Part shown: positions 16,523-26,800 of the stretch, in pieces
How the letters are laid out: each line of letters starts with the position of its first letter
Position numbering within the stretch: the first letter of the stretch is position 1
The notes under the pieces: generated by a model
Told to the model about the DNA's origin: nothing
Databases searched by the model: none
What the model saw: the letters and a program-made list of their open reading frames with translations, nothing else
IMG/VR virus record: IMGVR_UViG_3300032030_002018
Direction: 5' to 3' (one strand)
Length of the DNA: 64,000 nucleotides
Origin: a virus
Lineage: Duplodnaviria; Caudoviricetes
Program-made: the position numbers and the translations under genes

Positions 16523-16606
16523 TCGGGGCGACACGATTCGAACGTGCGTACCTGTTAAGGTCCTGCTCCCAGGGCAGGTCGGAAACCAACTACCGGTTAC
16601 ACCCCG
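16523..16606 (-). tRNA. tRNA-Pro(UGG), atypical (C33, extended variable arm)
   Basis: CGGGGTG/CGCCCCG-A; CCTGC-CCTGGGA-GCAGG. Confidence 0.8.
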
Positions 16607-16685
16607 TATTTTTTATTTCACAATGCAAATGTACACAATTTATTTTACAATTCCAAATATTTTGGTGTTAAAAATTGTTATTTTG

Positions 16686-16760
16686 AGGTAAGACAGAGAT
16701 TCGAACTCTGGATACAACAGTTTTGCAGACTGCGCCGTTAGACCACTTCGGTATCTTACC
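16686..16760 (-). tRNA. tRNA-Cys(GCA)
   Basis: GGTAAGA/TCTTACC-T; GCAGT-CTGCAAA-ACTGT. Confidence 0.92.
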
Positions 16761-16852
16761 TTTTGTTTCCGTATAGGAAAAATAATATGAATAGTAATCC
16801 AAAACTAATAATCCATAATGCCATATAACCTTACATCTAATTATTATGTGAA

Positions 16853-18052
16853 CTACCCACAAACTAAAGATTTGTGGGCTTCTGACTTCATTGCTGACTG
16901 CCATTGAAATGGTCTTACATCTGCTCCATCAGTGTAATCGACAGTTCCTGCCGATATATTTCTTAATCCTTCTGCAAGGATATTCATTGCTGCATTAACA
17001 TCTCTGTCAAGAACTTCTCCACAATTTGGACAAGTCCATTCCCTATCTTTCAACGATAAGTCTTCTTTAACCCAACTACAACAATGGCAAGTCTTTGAAG
17101 ATGGGTAGTATCTACCTATCTTCACTACTTTCTTATTGTTCATAACTGCCTTGTAAGTAAGCATTGAAAGGAATGCTCCCCAACTTGCATCAGATATACT
17201 CTGAGCAAGTCTATGGTTTCTTTGCATACCCTTTACATTCAAGTCCTCACAACAAATTACATCATAATTCCTGATTAAGTCGGTGCTAATCTTATGTAAT
17301 TTGTCAAACCTACAGTTATGAATTTTCTCTTGTATTCTCGCAACCTTAATTCTTTGTCTGTTCCAAGAATTACTACCTTTCTGCTTTCTTGACAAATGTT
17401 TCTGCGATTTTGCAAGCTCTTTTGAATAACGCTTGATGAATTTGTTACTTGAATATCTCTTACCATCACTTGTGACTACCAAGTCTTTTAACCCCAAGTC
17501 TATACCAACCTTTGCATTGGTTTTCTGCAACGGTTCATATATAACTTGAGTAAGTATGGAAACATAATATTTTCCGCTCGGTGTAACAGAGATTGTCATA
17601 TTTCTGACATCGCCACCTTTGAATGGTCTATACTCCACTATCTTAATCCCATCTTTGAACTTTGGAATATATATCCTACCATTCTCAACAGAACAATGCT
17701 GTGGTATACGAAAACTTCCGCCATTTTTCTTTGCCTTGAATCTTGGAAACCTTGCATTACCACTAAAAAAATTAGTATATGCCGTTTCAAGATTTCTCAG
17801 TGCGAATTGAAGTGTCTGTGAATTGATTTCCTTTAACCACAAGTATTCTTCTTGTCTTTTTAGTTTGGTAAGTGCGCTTGCTTGTACATAGTAATTGTCA
17901 CTTTTACCATTATCAGTGTATTGCTGTTTTCTTTCAGCAAGAAAATGATTATAGACAAAACGTACAGACCCAAAATACCTTGCAAGTATTTGCTCTTGCT
18001 CCTTATTTGGGCACATTCTGTACTTATATGTCTTTAAAATCACTTTCATCAT
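16853..18052 (-). CDS. tnpB: IS605-family TnpB RNA-guided endonuclease
   Basis: GIDLG, CEDL, CHCC/CPNC, DRDVNAA. Confidence 0.95.
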   Translation of the reverse strand: MMKVILKTYKYRMCPNKEQEQILARYFGSVRFVYNHFLAERKQQYTDNGKSDNYYVQASALTKLKRQEEYLWLKEINSQTLQFALRNLETAYTNFFSGNARFPRFKAKKNGGSFRIPQHCSVENGRIYIPKFKDGIKIVEYRPFKGGDVRNMTISVTPSGKYYVSILTQVIYEPLQKTNAKVGIDLGLKDLVVTSDGKRYSSNKFIKRYSKELAKSQKHLSRKQKGSNSWNRQRIKVARIQEKIHNCRFDKLHKISTDLIRNYDVICCEDLNVKGMQRNHRLAQSISDASWGAFLSMLTYKAVMNNKKVVKIGRYYPSSKTCHCCSWVKEDLSLKDREWTCPNCGEVLDRDVNAAMNILAEGLRNISAGTVDYTDGADVRPFQWQSAMKSEAHKSLVCG

Positions 18053-18143
18053 TTAAAATATAGTTAAAAACTATCTCTTTTCAATAATAAATATTAGATA
18101 ATTTACAAAAAGTTCCTATTTTTTGTAAAAAATATTTTTTATT

Positions 18144-18239
18144 ATGAGTTATTTTTCTAAAAATTGGTCTAACGGATATTTTGTATGCTCCATTAGTGAA
18201 GCAAATCCTGATACTATTAGAAAGTACATTGAGAATTAA
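18144..18239 (+). pseudogene. tnpA: IS200-type tnpA remnant
   Basis: The 5' (atgagttatttttcta) and 3' ends of the 19055-19453 gene are fused. Confidence 0.85.
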
Positions 18240-18572
18240 GGTTTATGCAATTCATCCCATTAACTAAAGATTAATGGGTTTTCTTGCATTATTTATATAA
18301 AAAATAAAAGCTGCTGAAACTTTTTTGGAGGTATCAACAGCTTGGGAAATATATAGTTAAGTAAGTGCGCCAATTTTACATCATATATTTTTCAAACTGT
18401 TTTAACCTTTTATTATTGGTATACGCCGGTGTATCACATTCTTGAATTGAATGTGAAAGACAAATGGATGGATATTTCTGACTAAAATTTTTCATTATAT
18501 GTTTAAGGTGATAATTTCTTTTTATAAATATATATAAATTTTTGAAAAAAACAAAATTTTTGAAAATATTTT

Positions 18573-19012
18573 TTAAAAAGTTTCCATAAAATTCACCAAA
18601 TCAATATAATTTTGTTCAGCGACAAAACTAACAATAGTTGATATTGCCTTTTTTATTCTTTCTGCATTTTCAGTATAACATTCCTCGTATGGCTTATATG
18701 GTGTCAGTCTATCGTGTTGTTTTGGTCTATTGGAATAATATTCGGAAACAGTTTTAAAATGATTTTTAATAGCACTATAATCTTGATTTAACACTTCTAC
18801 AACAGCTTCGTTTAAACAATTTAGTCTAAACTCTACCTTGTTTTTACTAAGTGGGTCTATATCTATATCCACAAACCTCTTACAAAGGGCAGGTACTCTC
18901 TCTCTCCAATGATTAACGACTTGACTGTCTGGATAAAGACACAAACATACTAAATTGTCTACAATAGCATCTAAAACCTCACCGAATTTATCAGTCATTT
19001 TATATTTTCTAT
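18573..19012 (-). pseudogene. 3' part of a phage gene interrupted by IS605 copy 2
   Basis: Joins in frame with 21006-21089 when the IS is removed (..FGMKP-N-RKYKMTD..). Confidence 0.65.
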
Positions 19013-19054
19013 GCAAGAAAACCCATTAATCTTTAGTTAATGGGATGAATTGCA

Positions 19055-19453
19055 TCAGCCTTGATTCTCAATATACTTTCTAATAGTATCAGGATTCGCT
19101 TCACCAATAGAACATACAAAATATCCATCAGACCAAAAAGTATGTTCCTTCCAAAAATGTTTTCTTAGTATTGGTTGGAACTCTTTCCAAAGTCTGTTTG
19201 TACTTACTTGTTTCAATACTCTGACAATTGAAGTAACTGTAATATTTGGCGGATAACTAATAAGAAGATGTATATGGTCTTTGTCCGTTTCCATTATCTC
19301 AATATCAAAGTCACATCTACTTTCTACTTCCTTAAATACTAAAAGAACACATTCTCTAATTTCAGAAACAAGTAGTTGTTTCCTGTACTTACAGACAAAT
19401 ATTAAGTGACATTTCAAGTAAAACTTGTGTCTATTATTAGAAAAATAACTCAT
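19055..19453 (-). CDS. tnpA: IS200-type Y1 HUH transposase
   Basis: HLIFVCKYR, DHIHLL (HUH), FWSDGYF, YIENQ. Confidence 0.95.
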   Translation of the reverse strand: MSYFSNNRHKFYLKCHLIFVCKYRKQLLVSEIRECVLLVFKEVESRCDFDIEIMETDKDHIHLLISYPPNITVTSIVRVLKQVSTNRLWKEFQPILRKHFWKEHTFWSDGYFVCSIGEANPDTIRKYIENQG

Positions 19454-19560
19454 ATCAAAATATTTTTTTTACAAAAATAGTAACTTTTTGTAAATTATTT
19501 GATATTTATTATTGAAAAGAGATAGTTTTTAACTATATTTTAAACGTAAACGTAAAGAAT

Positions 19561-19785
19561 ATGGAAGTTATTAAAGGAATAAGTCTAAACGATGTACAAA
19601 AAGCAAAAGATACTTTGATAGAAGATGCAGAGATAATGAAGGCACTAAGAGATAGACTTAAAGAACAAGATGTTCCACTGCAAGAACAGAATGACATAAG
19701 GAAAAAGGTGATAGATATTCTTTCAAAGGATTTGTTGATAACAATGAATCTGTCAAGTTGCGCTGATATTATAAATGTTTGGTAA
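19561..19785 (+). CDS. Passenger hypothetical protein inside IS605
   Basis: 74-aa ORF on a ~260-bp insert absent from the other copy. Confidence 0.6.
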   Translation: MEVIKGISLNDVQKAKDTLIEDAEIMKALRDRLKEQDVPLQEQNDIRKKVIDILSKDLLITMNLSSCADIINVW

Positions 19786-19803
19786 ATAAGTAAAGATAAT
19801 TAT

Positions 19804-21000
19804 ATGAAAGTGATTTTAAAGACATATAAGTACAGAATGTACCCAAATAAGGAGCAAGAGCAAATGCTTGCAAAGTATTTTGGGTCCGTACGTTTTGTCT
19901 ATAATCATTTTCTTGCCGAAAGAAAACAACAATACACTGAGAATGGAAAAAGTGATAACTATTATGCACAAGCAAGCACACTTACCAAACTAAAAAAACA
20001 AGAAGAATACTTGTGGCTAAAGGAAATCAATTCGCAAACACTTCAATTCGCACTTAGAAATCTTGAAACTGCATATACTAATTTCTTTAGGGGTAATGCA
20101 AGATTTCCAAGATTCAAGGCAAAGAAAAATGGTGGGAGTTTCCATATACCACAACATTGTTCTGTGGAGAATAGTAGAATTTACATACCAAAGTTCAAAG
20201 ATGGAATTAAAATAGTAGAACACAGACCATTCAAAGGCGGAGATGTCAGAAATATGACAATCTCTGTCACACCAAGCGGAAAATATTATGTTTCCATACT
20301 TACACAAGTTACATACGAGCCTTTACAGAAAACCAATGCAAAGGTTGGTATAGACTTGGGGTTGAAAGACTTGGTAATCACAAGTGATGGTAAAAAGTAT
20401 TCAAGCAATAAGTTCATTAAGCGTTATTCAAAAGAACTTGCAAAAGCACAGAAACACTTGTCAAGAAAGCAGAAAGGTAGCAATTCTTGGAACAGACAAA
20501 GAATTAAGGTTGCAAGAATACAAGAGAAAATTCACAATTGTAGATTTGATAAGTTACATAAAATTAGTACTGACTTAATCAGGAACTATGATGTAATTTG
20601 TTGTGAGGACTTGAATGTTAAAGGTATGCAAAGAAACCATAGACTTGCTCAGTCAATATTAGATGCAAGTTGGGGAGCATTCCTTTCAATGCTTACTTAC
20701 AAGGCAGTTATGAATGATAAACAAGTAGTGAAGATAGGTAGATACTACCCATCTTCAAAAACTTGTCATCATTGTGGTTGGGTTAAAGAAGACTTATCGT
20801 TGAAAGATAGGGAATGGACTTGTCCAAATTGTGGAGAAGTTCTTGACAGAGATGTTAATGCAGCAATGAATATCCTTGCAGAAGGATTAAGAAATATATC
20901 GGCAGGAACTGTCGATTACACTGATGGAGCAGATGTAAGACCCTTTCAAGGGCAATCAGCAAAGAAGTCAGAAGCCCACAAATCTTTAGTTTGTGGGTAG
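19804..21000 (+). CDS. tnpB: IS605-family TnpB
   Basis: Intact RuvC D/E/D and Zn finger; near-identical to 16853-18052. Confidence 0.95.
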   Translation: MKVILKTYKYRMYPNKEQEQMLAKYFGSVRFVYNHFLAERKQQYTENGKSDNYYAQASTLTKLKKQEEYLWLKEINSQTLQFALRNLETAYTNFFRGNARFPRFKAKKNGGSFHIPQHCSVENSRIYIPKFKDGIKIVEHRPFKGGDVRNMTISVTPSGKYYVSILTQVTYEPLQKTNAKVGIDLGLKDLVITSDGKKYSSNKFIKRYSKELAKAQKHLSRKQKGSNSWNRQRIKVARIQEKIHNCRFDKLHKISTDLIRNYDVICCEDLNVKGMQRNHRLAQSILDASWGAFLSMLTYKAVMNDKQVVKIGRYYPSSKTCHHCGWVKEDLSLKDREWTCPNCGEVLDRDVNAAMNILAEGLRNISAGTVDYTDGADVRPFQGQSAKKSEAHKSLVCG

Positions 21001-21094
21001 TTCACTTGGCTTCATTCCAAATTCACAAATCAATTTATGGTGTAATGTTGAATGTATTTCTTCTGTTACTATATCGTCAATATAGTTCATTTTG

Positions 21095-21298
21095 TCATTT
21101 ATTTTGGCAATTATATTGTATATAATACATAAAACAATCGGGCGAAATAAATATTCCGCCCTTGTGTTTTGTCTTTCTTGAATACGTTTTCTTTGACTTA
21201 TGTACCTTGGTAGTTGAATGAAATCCTGGACCAAGTATGTCAAATTGAATGTCTCTATTCGCTTTTTTCAGTGCTTTGTTTAGAATTTTTGATGTCAT
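21095..21298 (-). CDS. Small basic hypothetical protein
   Basis: KVHKSKKTYSRKTKHK basic motif. Confidence 0.5.
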   Translation of the reverse strand: MTSKILNKALKKANRDIQFDILGPGFHSTTKVHKSKKTYSRKTKHKGGIFISPDCFMYYIQYNCQNK

Positions 21299-21432
21299 TG
21301 CTCTCCCAAATCTATATCTCCGTCAATATTGACGTGTGGTGGAACTTCTTTTGCGTGATAAATGCTCCAAATTGTTACTGATAACGATACAACGATTAAC
21401 GTTGCCATAATAATACAAAAAGTACTCATAAT

Positions 21433-21774
21433 TCAACTGTTTTTATTTATAAATATCTTGTTGTTTGATAAAAGCCATACCATAGCATCATATACAGCAT
21501 CAATTAAATGTTCTTTTGATAAGCCGTAATAAGATTCCACGCCAACACACCATTTATTTTCATCATCTGTAAATACTTCAACATCAACACCTTCATTCTT
21601 CATAATGGTAAGTAGACAGTCAGTAGACCAAGCAGGAATATCAAACTCTTCGTCTCTTGCTTTTGGACCGCCTATTCTAAGGTCGCTACCACACCAATAA
21701 TACATATCAGCAGTATCTGTTGGAAGGTCTAACATCTTTAATGTTTTGCTTTGGTCTATATTTGTCTGTCTCAT
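21433..21774 (-). CDS. Hypothetical phage protein
   Basis: ORF starting MRQTN. Confidence 0.65.
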   Translation of the reverse strand: MRQTNIDQSKTLKMLDLPTDTADMYYWCGSDLRIGGPKARDEEFDIPAWSTDCLLTIMKNEGVDVEVFTDDENKWCVGVESYYGLSKEHLIDAVYDAMVWLLSNNKIFINKNS

Positions 21775-21836
21775 TATCTGTCTTTTTTGTGTAATATACA
21801 AAATACGTTTTTAATATCCAAACAATTCAACAAAAA

Positions 21837-22571
21837 TTATGATTCCTCTTGAATCTTTTTTAATCCATAACTATCCAATACAAAAGCTGCTCTACAATCA
21901 AGGCAGGCGAATGTTTCGGTGATAATTGGGTCGTACTCCTGTTGTGAATGTCCGAATATCTGATATACACCCTTTAATGATTGTAGTTCACTAACTCCCT
22001 TATTGTATAGATGTTCTCTTACATCTGCCCACACAATGCTTCCACAGTTCGACCATCCACCACGGTAAAAACTTACATCTGACAATATACGTCCGCATCT
22101 GTCAGAATCAAGAATTGCATTAAGGTTATCAACATTAAGTTCTCCAATCTCACGCTGATAATCCTTAAACCAATCTGCTATAATACCAGCGTGTGAGAAC
22201 AGATATTTCTTATCTCCTATTTCGGCTTTATATGCGAGTTTAATTTTATCTCTATGTTTCTCAACAAAGTCGTTCATAGGTTTTTTGCTCATAGCGGACA
22301 ATCTGCATCCTCCACACTCTCTATAGAAATCATTGTTCAGGTAATGCATATCGTGATTTCCAAGTAATAGGACAACCTTATCCTTTCCTTCCAACCACTC
22401 TGAAAGTTCTTTAAGGTTTTCCAAAGCCATTTCAACCGTTATTCTCTCATATGGATAAGGGTCCATATAGTCTCCAAGGAAAATTATCTTATCGTAATCA
22501 TCATAGTTCTCAACTGCCTGTTTCCAGAAAGGTCTTCCGTGTACATCTGGTATAATTAATATCTTATCCAT
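21837..22571 (-). CDS. Calcineurin-like metallophosphoesterase
   Basis: DVHG, GDYMD, GNHD, SHAG, GHS. Confidence 0.92.
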   Translation of the reverse strand: MDKILIIPDVHGRPFWKQAVENYDDYDKIIFLGDYMDPYPYERITVEMALENLKELSEWLEGKDKVVLLLGNHDMHYLNNDFYRECGGCRLSAMSKKPMNDFVEKHRDKIKLAYKAEIGDKKYLFSHAGIIADWFKDYQREIGELNVDNLNAILDSDRCGRILSDVSFYRGGWSNCGSIVWADVREHLYNKGVSELQSLKGVYQIFGHSQQEYDPIITETFACLDCRAAFVLDSYGLKKIQEES

Positions 22572-22586
22572 TTTATGTTATTTTTT

Positions 22587-23414
22587 TTATTCATTAAATA
22601 CGTCGTAGAAAGCCTTGTAATTACCTTCTTGTTTTCCGTCAAGTATAGCAAACACTATATACTTGAACTTATCCTTATATTCGTCTGTTTCAAGTATTTC
22701 CTTGAATAGTTTGGCAATCTCCTTTGGCGGGTTATGAAATGCTCCACACCCCAATGCACTTAATACCAATGAATCGTTACCATTGATAAGTGCAACATTC
22801 AATATTGTTTTGATTTTGTTACGTGTGATGTTTTTTATTGCTTCCTCAATATGTCCATTCTCATCTACATATGGGTCACGATATCCGGCAACACTGACCA
22901 CATCAACAAGAAATGGTTCTTCAAGTGGTGCATAATAGTTGTTTTCAGTATCCCTGAACACCGTAACGTTCTTACAATAGACTGCACCGTTGTTCATATT
23001 AAGTGGATATTGATTTCTATCGTCGTATTCCATACCCATTTTTTTTGCCATTCTGTCACAGTATCTGTACATTTGTGTAAATAGATTGGTACGTCTGAAA
23101 AGATTCTCTTCTTGTGCGCCTGAACCACTGAATACACCTCCTCCAGGGTTTGATGCAGAAGCCATATTCAGTACAGCTGGATGATATCCTTGCTCAACTA
23201 ATTTATAAGCAGCTGCAAGGCTATCGCTATCAAGAACCTCAATCTTTGTGTCGTATTTTTCAAGATTGTCAAAGTCGATTGAAATTCTCTTTTTATAAAA
23301 ATTAGAAGAAATAATGTTGTTGTCAATCGTTATTGTCTTATCTCCAATGGTATAACCGTTTTTAACCATATCTATCGTATCAAGATAGATTGATGCACGT
23401 TTTTCTTTTTTCAT
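22587..23414 (-). CDS. Bacterial-type poly(ADP-ribose) glycohydrolase (TIGR02452-like macrodomain)
   Basis: VLNMAS..PGGG..GSGAQEE and LSALGCGAF motifs. Confidence 0.88.
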   Translation of the reverse strand: MKKEKRASIYLDTIDMVKNGYTIGDKTITIDNNIISSNFYKKRISIDFDNLEKYDTKIEVLDSDSLAAAYKLVEQGYHPAVLNMASASNPGGGVFSGSGAQEENLFRRTNLFTQMYRYCDRMAKKMGMEYDDRNQYPLNMNNGAVYCKNVTVFRDTENNYYAPLEEPFLVDVVSVAGYRDPYVDENGHIEEAIKNITRNKIKTILNVALINGNDSLVLSALGCGAFHNPPKEIAKLFKEILETDEYKDKFKYIVFAILDGKQEGNYKAFYDVFNE

Positions 23415-23420
23415 TTTATG

Positions 23421-23963
23421 TTATGATTTTTTCTTACATTCTTTTGGCTGTTTATCAACGAATGTAATCATCGCCTCTTTCATTCTTCTGATTACATATT
23501 CCTCACAATGTGTTTTAAGTACATTGAGAAGTCTTTGTGTTGAATGTGTTATTCGTTTATCCTTAATGTTGTTTTTAAGGCTGACTTCCTTTTTATGTTC
23601 ATTTTGTATTTTTATTTCCTTGTTGCCGCTCTTAACAACAAAACTTTCGTTTTTCCTCATCTTCCTGACTTGGCGTGTTGTTTTGTCGTAAATATAGCCT
23701 TTTTTTGCAAGAAACACTGAAATTTTTAATGTTTCAGTATCTGTTGCTTTTCTCCAGTATTGGAGGTTTTTTTTAAGCAATATATACCCACAGTCAACAT
23801 TATTAGTTACATCAATATCCAAAACACCTTCTGATACATCACAGTATGCTGTGAGGGTATATGCGATGCCTTCGTTATCAGCATAAGCGTTCCCTCCCCA
23901 TATTGAGAAAAGTTCGGGTGCTTTATCTTGTACAATTACGTCTCCTTTAGCGAATTTAGCCAT
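23421..23963 (-). CDS. Hypothetical protein
   Basis: ORF starting MAKFAKGD. Confidence 0.65.
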   Translation of the reverse strand: MAKFAKGDVIVQDKAPELFSIWGGNAYADNEGIAYTLTAYCDVSEGVLDIDVTNNVDCGYILLKKNLQYWRKATDTETLKISVFLAKKGYIYDKTTRQVRKMRKNESFVVKSGNKEIKIQNEHKKEVSLKNNIKDKRITHSTQRLLNVLKTHCEEYVIRRMKEAMITFVDKQPKECKKKS

Positions 23964-24324
23964 TGTGATTCTTGTTAAAATTATCAATATGTACTTTCAA
24001 TATATCGTCGTGTATAGCGTTTAACACTGTAAGTATTTCATCATCTGAAAAATGCTTTTTGATATCCTTCATAAGGTTATAAGCATCGTTTGTAAGTATT
24101 TTCTTCTTCCATTCCGGAAACTTGTCATTTTTGCACCATTCTTCTGCCCATTCGATTACACCACTTACAAAACCGAGGTATTCTGCAAACAGTATTATAA
24201 CTGGTATTGGTAAATTCTTAAAAGTTATATCCTCCATTTCTTTTTGTTTATTTTCTTTTATATTTGATGTTACAATCCATATTATGCCTGATATTACAGC
24301 AAGTGATATTAATGTTGTTATCAT
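23956..24324 (-). CDS. Hypothetical membrane protein
   Basis: Hydrophobic N-terminus. Confidence 0.6.
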   Translation of the reverse strand: MITTLISLAVISGIIWIVTSNIKENKQKEMEDITFKNLPIPVIILFAEYLGFVSGVIEWAEEWCKNDKFPEWKKKILTNDAYNLMKDIKKHFSDDEILTVLNAIHDDILKVHIDNFNKNHNG

Positions 24325-26138
24325 ATAAGTGAAGTGTCTTTATGTTTTTGATACAATCCTTTATGGTTTACGACCTTAATTTTCTTTGATACCTCCACTC
24401 TATATATTAATAACCTATTATTTCCATATACCCTATTGTTACTGTCAACACTTGAATCAAGGACAACGTATATGATTTTTGTTCCAATATCATCCTCTGT
24501 GATATAATCCCTTCCAGTGTTCTCTACGAACCTCTTTACTTTATCAGGTCTGAATATATATGGCGAAGAGTATTCTGAAAATCCTTCAAACCTATTATTT
24601 ATTGTTGATTTACTATATTTGTTTTTACCTTTCAACACAGCTTCTCCAATATAGTCATATTGTATGTCAATATTGTGTTTTCTCAACAGCTCAGGCAATA
24701 TTTTTTCTGCATACCCAACTCTTGTTCTACAAGTATCCTTATCTCTTATAATTTCCCTTACTTCATCGTCTGATAATGGCACTGCTATATTTCCTATTGG
24801 TTTACTGCCAAACTCACAGTCTTTTCCTTGATAGTCACCATCAACCCAATCGTATTTTGTGGAATCGCTTGGTATATTTGCTCTATTTGAGAAATCCTGT
24901 TCCCAAGTTGAGTACATATCAGCGTATTTCTTATTTACATAGAACTTTGTTTTCTCAACTGGTGCGTTTATATCCCTATATCCACACATTCTACCAATAA
25001 GTGCTTGTACTGTGGTATCCGACTTTGTTGAATGGTCATAGACCATATATATAATATCCTTAAGTTCCCTTTTAATTGTTATGCCTGCCCTAAATGCTCC
25101 TTTTATTAGGAATAGTATTGGTTTTGTTTCAATTCTGTCAATATCCTTTATGTCCTTTATAATTCCAATGCTTTTGGACATAAGGTTATTCAGGTTATTT
25201 ATTCTGTAAAGTTTTTCCATTTCACGTTCAATCATTCTGTAATCAATGTTTGAACCATTTGAATAAACATCAACTATTCTGAATTTATCTTTAACATAAT
25301 CATTGTTTTTAAACACCTCAAATCTTTTGCTTCTGACGAATATAACACCATAAATCCCATCAATTTTCATTCTATCATAAGCGTCACATATATAGGAGAA
25401 TATCCTACCGTCATATGTAACGTCGTCCCTTTGTGAATCTTGTATGAGTCCATTGGTTATAAAATCTGTTATCCCAAAATAATTGGAATCTGTTTTCAGG
25501 CTTATTATATCCTTGCACAATGCCGTATCACTAACAATCTCCTTGAATGGTGTGGCTGATACTGATACAATGTATATGTTTCTTGATATTAATTCGTTTC
25601 TGTTTTTCCAATCAATATTGTTTTTCTTGAAAAAGGCTGTAAGTACATTTTTCTCGCCACTTCCATAATGTGATTCATCAATAAAAATCACACTATTGTC
25701 TATTGTTCCTGTATATCTTGGCAAATCACTGTTTTTCAATATGATATACTTACAATCATTACCATTTCTTTTCTTTATGTATATATTATCGTCTGTTGCT
25801 CCTATGACTTGTTTTTTCAAACGTTCTGATGTTTGTCTCTTAAGACCGCAGTCGTTCATTCCAGTTACGAATATGTATCTTTTAACAGCCATTTCAGATT
25901 CTATTTCTGTCTGTGAGATAATGTTTACAACAGAGTTACATACACCTGTTTTTCCACTCTGCATCTTAGCTGTAAGTATGACGTGGTTTCTCCTTGTGTG
26001 TGGTTCATTGAAATCTCTCACAATGTCCTTTGCAGCGTCAATTTGTGTATCAAATACATATTCATCGTTGTGTATATCTAATGTTTTCCTTATACTATCG
26101 TTATTTAACGAATCCAATATAATATTTATATCAATCAT
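24321..26138 (-). CDS. SF2/DEAD-like helicase or ATPase
   Basis: AKMQSGKT Walker A, IDESH, SATP, QALIGRMCG. Confidence 0.8.
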   Translation of the reverse strand: MIDINIILDSLNNDSIRKTLDIHNDEYVFDTQIDAAKDIVRDFNEPHTRRNHVILTAKMQSGKTGVCNSVVNIISQTEIESEMAVKRYIFVTGMNDCGLKRQTSERLKKQVIGATDDNIYIKKRNGNDCKYIILKNSDLPRYTGTIDNSVIFIDESHYGSGEKNVLTAFFKKNNIDWKNRNELISRNIYIVSVSATPFKEIVSDTALCKDIISLKTDSNYFGITDFITNGLIQDSQRDDVTYDGRIFSYICDAYDRMKIDGIYGVIFVRSKRFEVFKNNDYVKDKFRIVDVYSNGSNIDYRMIEREMEKLYRINNLNNLMSKSIGIIKDIKDIDRIETKPILFLIKGAFRAGITIKRELKDIIYMVYDHSTKSDTTVQALIGRMCGYRDINAPVEKTKFYVNKKYADMYSTWEQDFSNRANIPSDSTKYDWVDGDYQGKDCEFGSKPIGNIAVPLSDDEVREIIRDKDTCRTRVGYAEKILPELLRKHNIDIQYDYIGEAVLKGKNKYSKSTINNRFEGFSEYSSPYIFRPDKVKRFVENTGRDYITEDDIGTKIIYVVLDSSVDSNNRVYGNNRLLIYRVEVSKKIKVVNHKGLYQKHKDTSLI

Positions 26139-26319
26139 CAATTCTACAAAAATCAGGTCTTGGTACGTTTTGGTCAATATTTGCCATTTTAAATATCTCT
26201 CTGAAATTTCCTTTATTGTCTTTGTACTTTGTACATACAATTCTGCTTAATCCATATCCAAAATACTCATATTCAAGCATATATGGGCAATTATTACATT
26301 GTTTTCTTTTATTATTCAT
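26131..26319 (-). CDS. Small Cys-rich protein
   Basis: CNNCP..C..FC; similar to the N-terminus of 26396-26800. Confidence 0.55.
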   Translation of the reverse strand: MNNKRKQCNNCPYMLEYEYFGYGLSRIVCTKYKDNKGNFREIFKMANIDQNVPRPDFCRIDD

Positions 26320-26395
26320 ATTATTTACTTAAATCATTTGTAGCAAATATATACGAAAAAAACTAGATTTCGAAATAAAATCTAGTTAAAAAATG

Positions 26396-26800
26396 TTATT
26401 TTTTTGATATAAATTTACATATAACGTCAGACGACAATAAAGTTCCGTATTTATGTGTTTCATTATCTGTGTAATACAGGATATAATCATACTTATCTGT
26501 TACGGTAACGTTTTTTCTTTCCTTACCTCTATATGGTGGGAAATGCAGTATATCGCCTTTTTTAATGTTGCTGAAATTAATTATTGGCTTAACTTTGGCT
26601 ATCGTAATGTCCGTTGTATGTTCTTCTTCATCGTAGGTACACCAAAATGGTTTTTTTATTTTTGTATCTTCTATATGATACCTTTCTATTTCCTTACACT
26701 CTCCGCTGTCTGATTTATACTTATCGCATTTCAGCGTTGTATATCCTTCATAGAATGCAGCAAATTTTTTCAGGTGTGGGCAATTCTCACAATTTGTCAT
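26396..26800 (-). CDS. Cys-rich hypothetical protein
   Basis: CENCP..C..WC. Confidence 0.65.
   Translation of the reverse strand: MTNCENCPHLKKFAAFYEGYTTLKCDKYKSDSGECKEIERYHIEDTKIKKPFWCTYDEEEHTTDITIAKVKPIINFSNIKKGDILHFPPYRGKERKNVTVTDKYDYILYYTDNETHKYGTLLSSDVICKFISKK

Larger units (their letters stand above)
16848..18287 (-). mobile_element. IS200/IS605-family element, non-autonomous (tnpA internally deleted)
   Basis: Subterminal hairpins cccacaaactaaagatttgtggg and cccattaactaaagattaatggg; right end TTCAC; near-identical to 19013-21005. Confidence 0.9.
19013..21005 (+). mobile_element. IS200/IS605-family element, complete (divergent tnpA and tnpB, plus a passenger ORF)
   Basis: Terminal hairpins, TTCAC right end, both genes intact. 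Confidence 0.92.

Noticed and set aside
18300-18495. Short ORF plus hairpin resembling a leader-peptide attenuator
   Set aside because: No diagnostic codon run or clear antiterminator; too weak to call.
16853-21000. IS605 TnpBs as effectors of the CRISPR array
   Set aside because: They have their own IS ends and a different right-end RNA, with no anti-repeat nearby.
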